Assembly: GCA_964580255.1 (NCBI GenBank)
Contig: CAZOJX010000001.1
Span: 1 to 41,893 of the forward strand
Direction of reading: 5' to 3'
Length of the DNA: 41,893 nt
From: an uncultured Lachnoclostridium sp.
GTDB taxonomy: Bacteria; Bacillota; Clostridia; Lachnospirales; Lachnospiraceae
Shown piece by piece: positions 40,248 to 41,893 of the stretch. The position numbers and the translations under genes are program-made. The notes below the pieces were generated by a model, which was not told where the DNA came from, searched no databases, and saw only the letters and a program-made list of their open reading frames with translations. How positions within the stretch are numbered: position 1 is the first letter of the stretch; every line of letters starts with the position of its first letter.

Positions 40248-41893
40248 ATGAAGAAAGACATGTGGAAAAAAATAGAATATGGGGCGGCAGCAGTTTTTTG
40301 TGCAGTCGTTTTTACAGTTTGTGTCTATCAGCTGCGCTATGGGATTGATGTACAGGATACCGCTTCCTATCTTACAAAATTCCGCTATTTCTTTGAAAAG
40401 GGAACCGGAGGAAATTCTCTGTATTATCTTTTAGGAGAATTTTTCGGAAGTCTGATCTACCATGTGTCACCGACTCTTTATGCACTCAATGCAGCAGGGC
40501 TGATCGTCTGGTCACTGACTGGCTTTTTGCTCTATCGCATGCTGCGGCCGTACCTTCGTCCCCTTCCGCTGACAGCAGCGGTGCTTGGTGGGATTGCCTT
40601 TAGTGCTTCCTGGGTTCGCTGTGTGAACTGGAATGCGTGGAGCATGCTGTTTCTGACTATGGGAATCCAGTGTCTGCTCTGCGGCTTTGATACGGAAGAA
40701 AATAAATGGTTTTATGCGGCAGGACTGATTTTAGGATGGAACGCCTTTGTGCGGATACCAAATCTCGTATTTTTAGGGCTTGTCCTGGTTGTTTTTTACT
40801 TTTTTATAGAAAAAGGGCTGAAAAAAGCCGTATGTTATTGTCTCCGTATGACTGCGGGAGGTGTTATTGCCGGAATTAGCGGACTTTTGTTTTCTGTATG
40901 CTTTCTGGGGCTTGAGAAAACATTGGCAGATATCGGCTGGCTTCTTGGTTCTACCGGAGATACGGAGTCCAGACACAATATTTTTGCTATGGTTAATCAG
41001 GTGTTGGTCGGAGCAGCAGACGGGCTTCGCCAGTGGATCAAATATGGGGTACTCCTTGGTATTTTCATAGGAATCTGTGTGCTTGTGCGGAAACGATGGA
41101 AAAAGGATCTGACTTTTACGGGGGCAGTATTGGCAGGAGCAGCAGCTACATTTATCGGATTTACGAGAGATGTTTCCACCAGCATTGCGCCTACGCTGAT
41201 CAGCGTACAGAATCTGCTTGCTTACGGTGGTATGGCGTTTGGTGTGTTCGGTGCAATCTGGTTTTATCATAAGGAAAAGCGTTTTGCTTCATTATGCCTG
41301 ATGGAGGCATTTGTAATGGTTGCGATGACTATCGGAACCGATACCGGAAGCATTTTCTTCCGGGTGTATCTGGCACTGCCGGCAGCTGTGATCGCAGCTG
41401 TTCTTTGGAAGCTGAAATTAAAAGAGCTTCGGATCCTGGCCGTTTTTATCGTCATGCTGACATTGGCGACCGGGCAAAATTGTAATCAAAATTATGTGTA
41501 TCATGACGGAGAACATGGGGAAGCTTTGGACAGCACCATCGATGCTCCGGTATTTGAAGGAGTCTATACAACGGCCTCCCGCGCGGACTATGTTAACCGT
41601 CTGATCGGGCTTTTGGCTCCTTATGAGGAAAAAGAGCTCCTGACCATCGGAGCCTTTAACATCGGTCATAATGTGACCAATATGAAGACCTTCTTTGACA
41701 GTGCCTGGTCGGATCTCGATTACCTGTCCATGAAGGAATTTGAAAGTGTATTAGAAGAAAAGCTGGCAGCAGGAAAGGCACCGGTCATCGTCATTGGGAC
41801 GGAAAAGATCAACGGTTCCTACTGGGTGCCGGAGAAAATAGAAATTTTAGAGGAACTGGTGCAAGGCGATGGATTTGAAACGTTGTATCAGGA
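40248..41893 (+). CDS. Large polytopic membrane protein with a C-terminal soluble domain (3' end beyond the window; absent from the ORF track because no stop is reached)
   Basis: ATG 40248 lies 9 nt after AGAGAGGA. I translated the frame by hand and it stays open to nt 41893 (>548 aa): MKKDMWKKIEYGAAAVFCAVVFTV... About 11 hydrophobic segments run up to ~aa 405. A hydrophilic domain follows (QNCNQNYVYHDGEHGEALDSTIDAPVFEGVYTT...). Confidence 0.6.
   Translation, partial: MKKDMWKKIEYGAAAVFCAVVFTVCVYQLRYGIDVQDTASYLTKFRYFFEKGTGGNSLYYLLGEFFGSLIYHVSPTLYALNAAGLIVWSLTGFLLYRMLRPYLRPLPLTAAVLGGIAFSASWVRCVNWNAWSMLFLTMGIQCLLCGFDTEENKWFYAAGLILGWNAFVRIPNLVFLGLVLVVFYFFIEKGLKKAVCYCLRMTAGGVIAGISGLLFSVCFLGLEKTLADIGWLLGSTGDTESRHNIFAMVNQVLVGAADGLRQWIKYGVLLGIFIGICVLVRKRWKKDLTFTGAVLAGAAATFIGFTRDVSTSIAPTLISVQNLLAYGGMAFGVFGAIWFYHKEKRFASLCLMEAFVMVAMTIGTDTGSIFFRVYLALPAAVIAAVLWKLKLKELRILAVFIVMLTLATGQNCNQNYVYHDGEHGEALDSTIDAPVFEGVYTTASRADYVNRLIGLLAPYEEKELLTIGAFNIGHNVTNMKTFFDSAWSDLDYLSMKEFESVLEEKLAAGKAPVIVIGTEKINGSYWVPEKIEILEELVQGDGFETLYQ

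Noticed and set aside
40773-41270. 165-aa minus-strand ORF (and the small ORFs 40861-41272 and 41267-41669) near the window end.
   Set aside because: They overlap the long open + frame starting at 40248. That frame encodes a coherent multi-TM protein with an SD, so the listed ORFs look like frame artefacts.
1-41893. Search for mobile elements, integrases, transposases, tRNA/rRNA genes, riboswitches, and defence or toxin-antitoxin modules.
   Set aside because: No ORF showed integrase, transposase, nuclease or toxin motifs. All intergenic gaps are 184 nt or shorter and are accounted for by terminators, promoters and SD sites. By eye I saw no tRNA-like cloverleaf or rRNA-like stretch, but I cannot run covariance-model scans.

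Overview
This 41.9-kb chromosomal segment reads like a Firmicute of the class Clostridia. That call rests only on Lachnospiraceae-like gene order and is inference. Nearly all genes are on the + strand.

nt 1-19.5 kb is housekeeping: uvrA (3' part), murB, rapZ, an unusually short whiA, a Crh-type HPr paralogue, a MATE exporter, an Xaa-Pro aminopeptidase, a SAM methyltransferase, hslO, nadE, a convergent SleC-like peptidoglycan-binding protein, mreB, recD2, comFC, two unknown membrane proteins, cdaA-cdaR and a canonical ptsH.

From 19.5 kb to the window edge (>22 kb, still open at the end) lies an accessory cell-envelope glycan locus. It contains:
- a DUF2142-like giant membrane protein;
- a Wzx-like flippase;
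- one hexapeptide acetyltransferase and two membrane acyltransferases;
- four cytoplasmic GT2 and one GT4;
- a divergent fucosyltransferase-like gene paired with a bifunctional fucokinase/GDP-fucose pyrophosphorylase (Fkp-like);
- a GT2 plus DUF2304 pair;
- a lone rfbD;
- a GtrB-like polyprenyl-phosphate glycosyltransferase;
- several polytopic GT-C-like proteins.

Most noteworthy:
1. The fucose-salvage/fucosyltransferase cassette.
2. The c-di-AMP operon, which carries ptsH where glmM is expected and runs without a visible terminator into the glycan genes.
3. Two separate lipid-linked sugar donor synthases with up to four candidate extracytoplasmic transferases.
4. A whiA lacking one LAGLIDADG half, with yvcK absent.

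No rRNA, tRNA, CRISPR array, transposase or integrase was recognised. All family calls come from reading motifs in the supplied translations; no searches were run.
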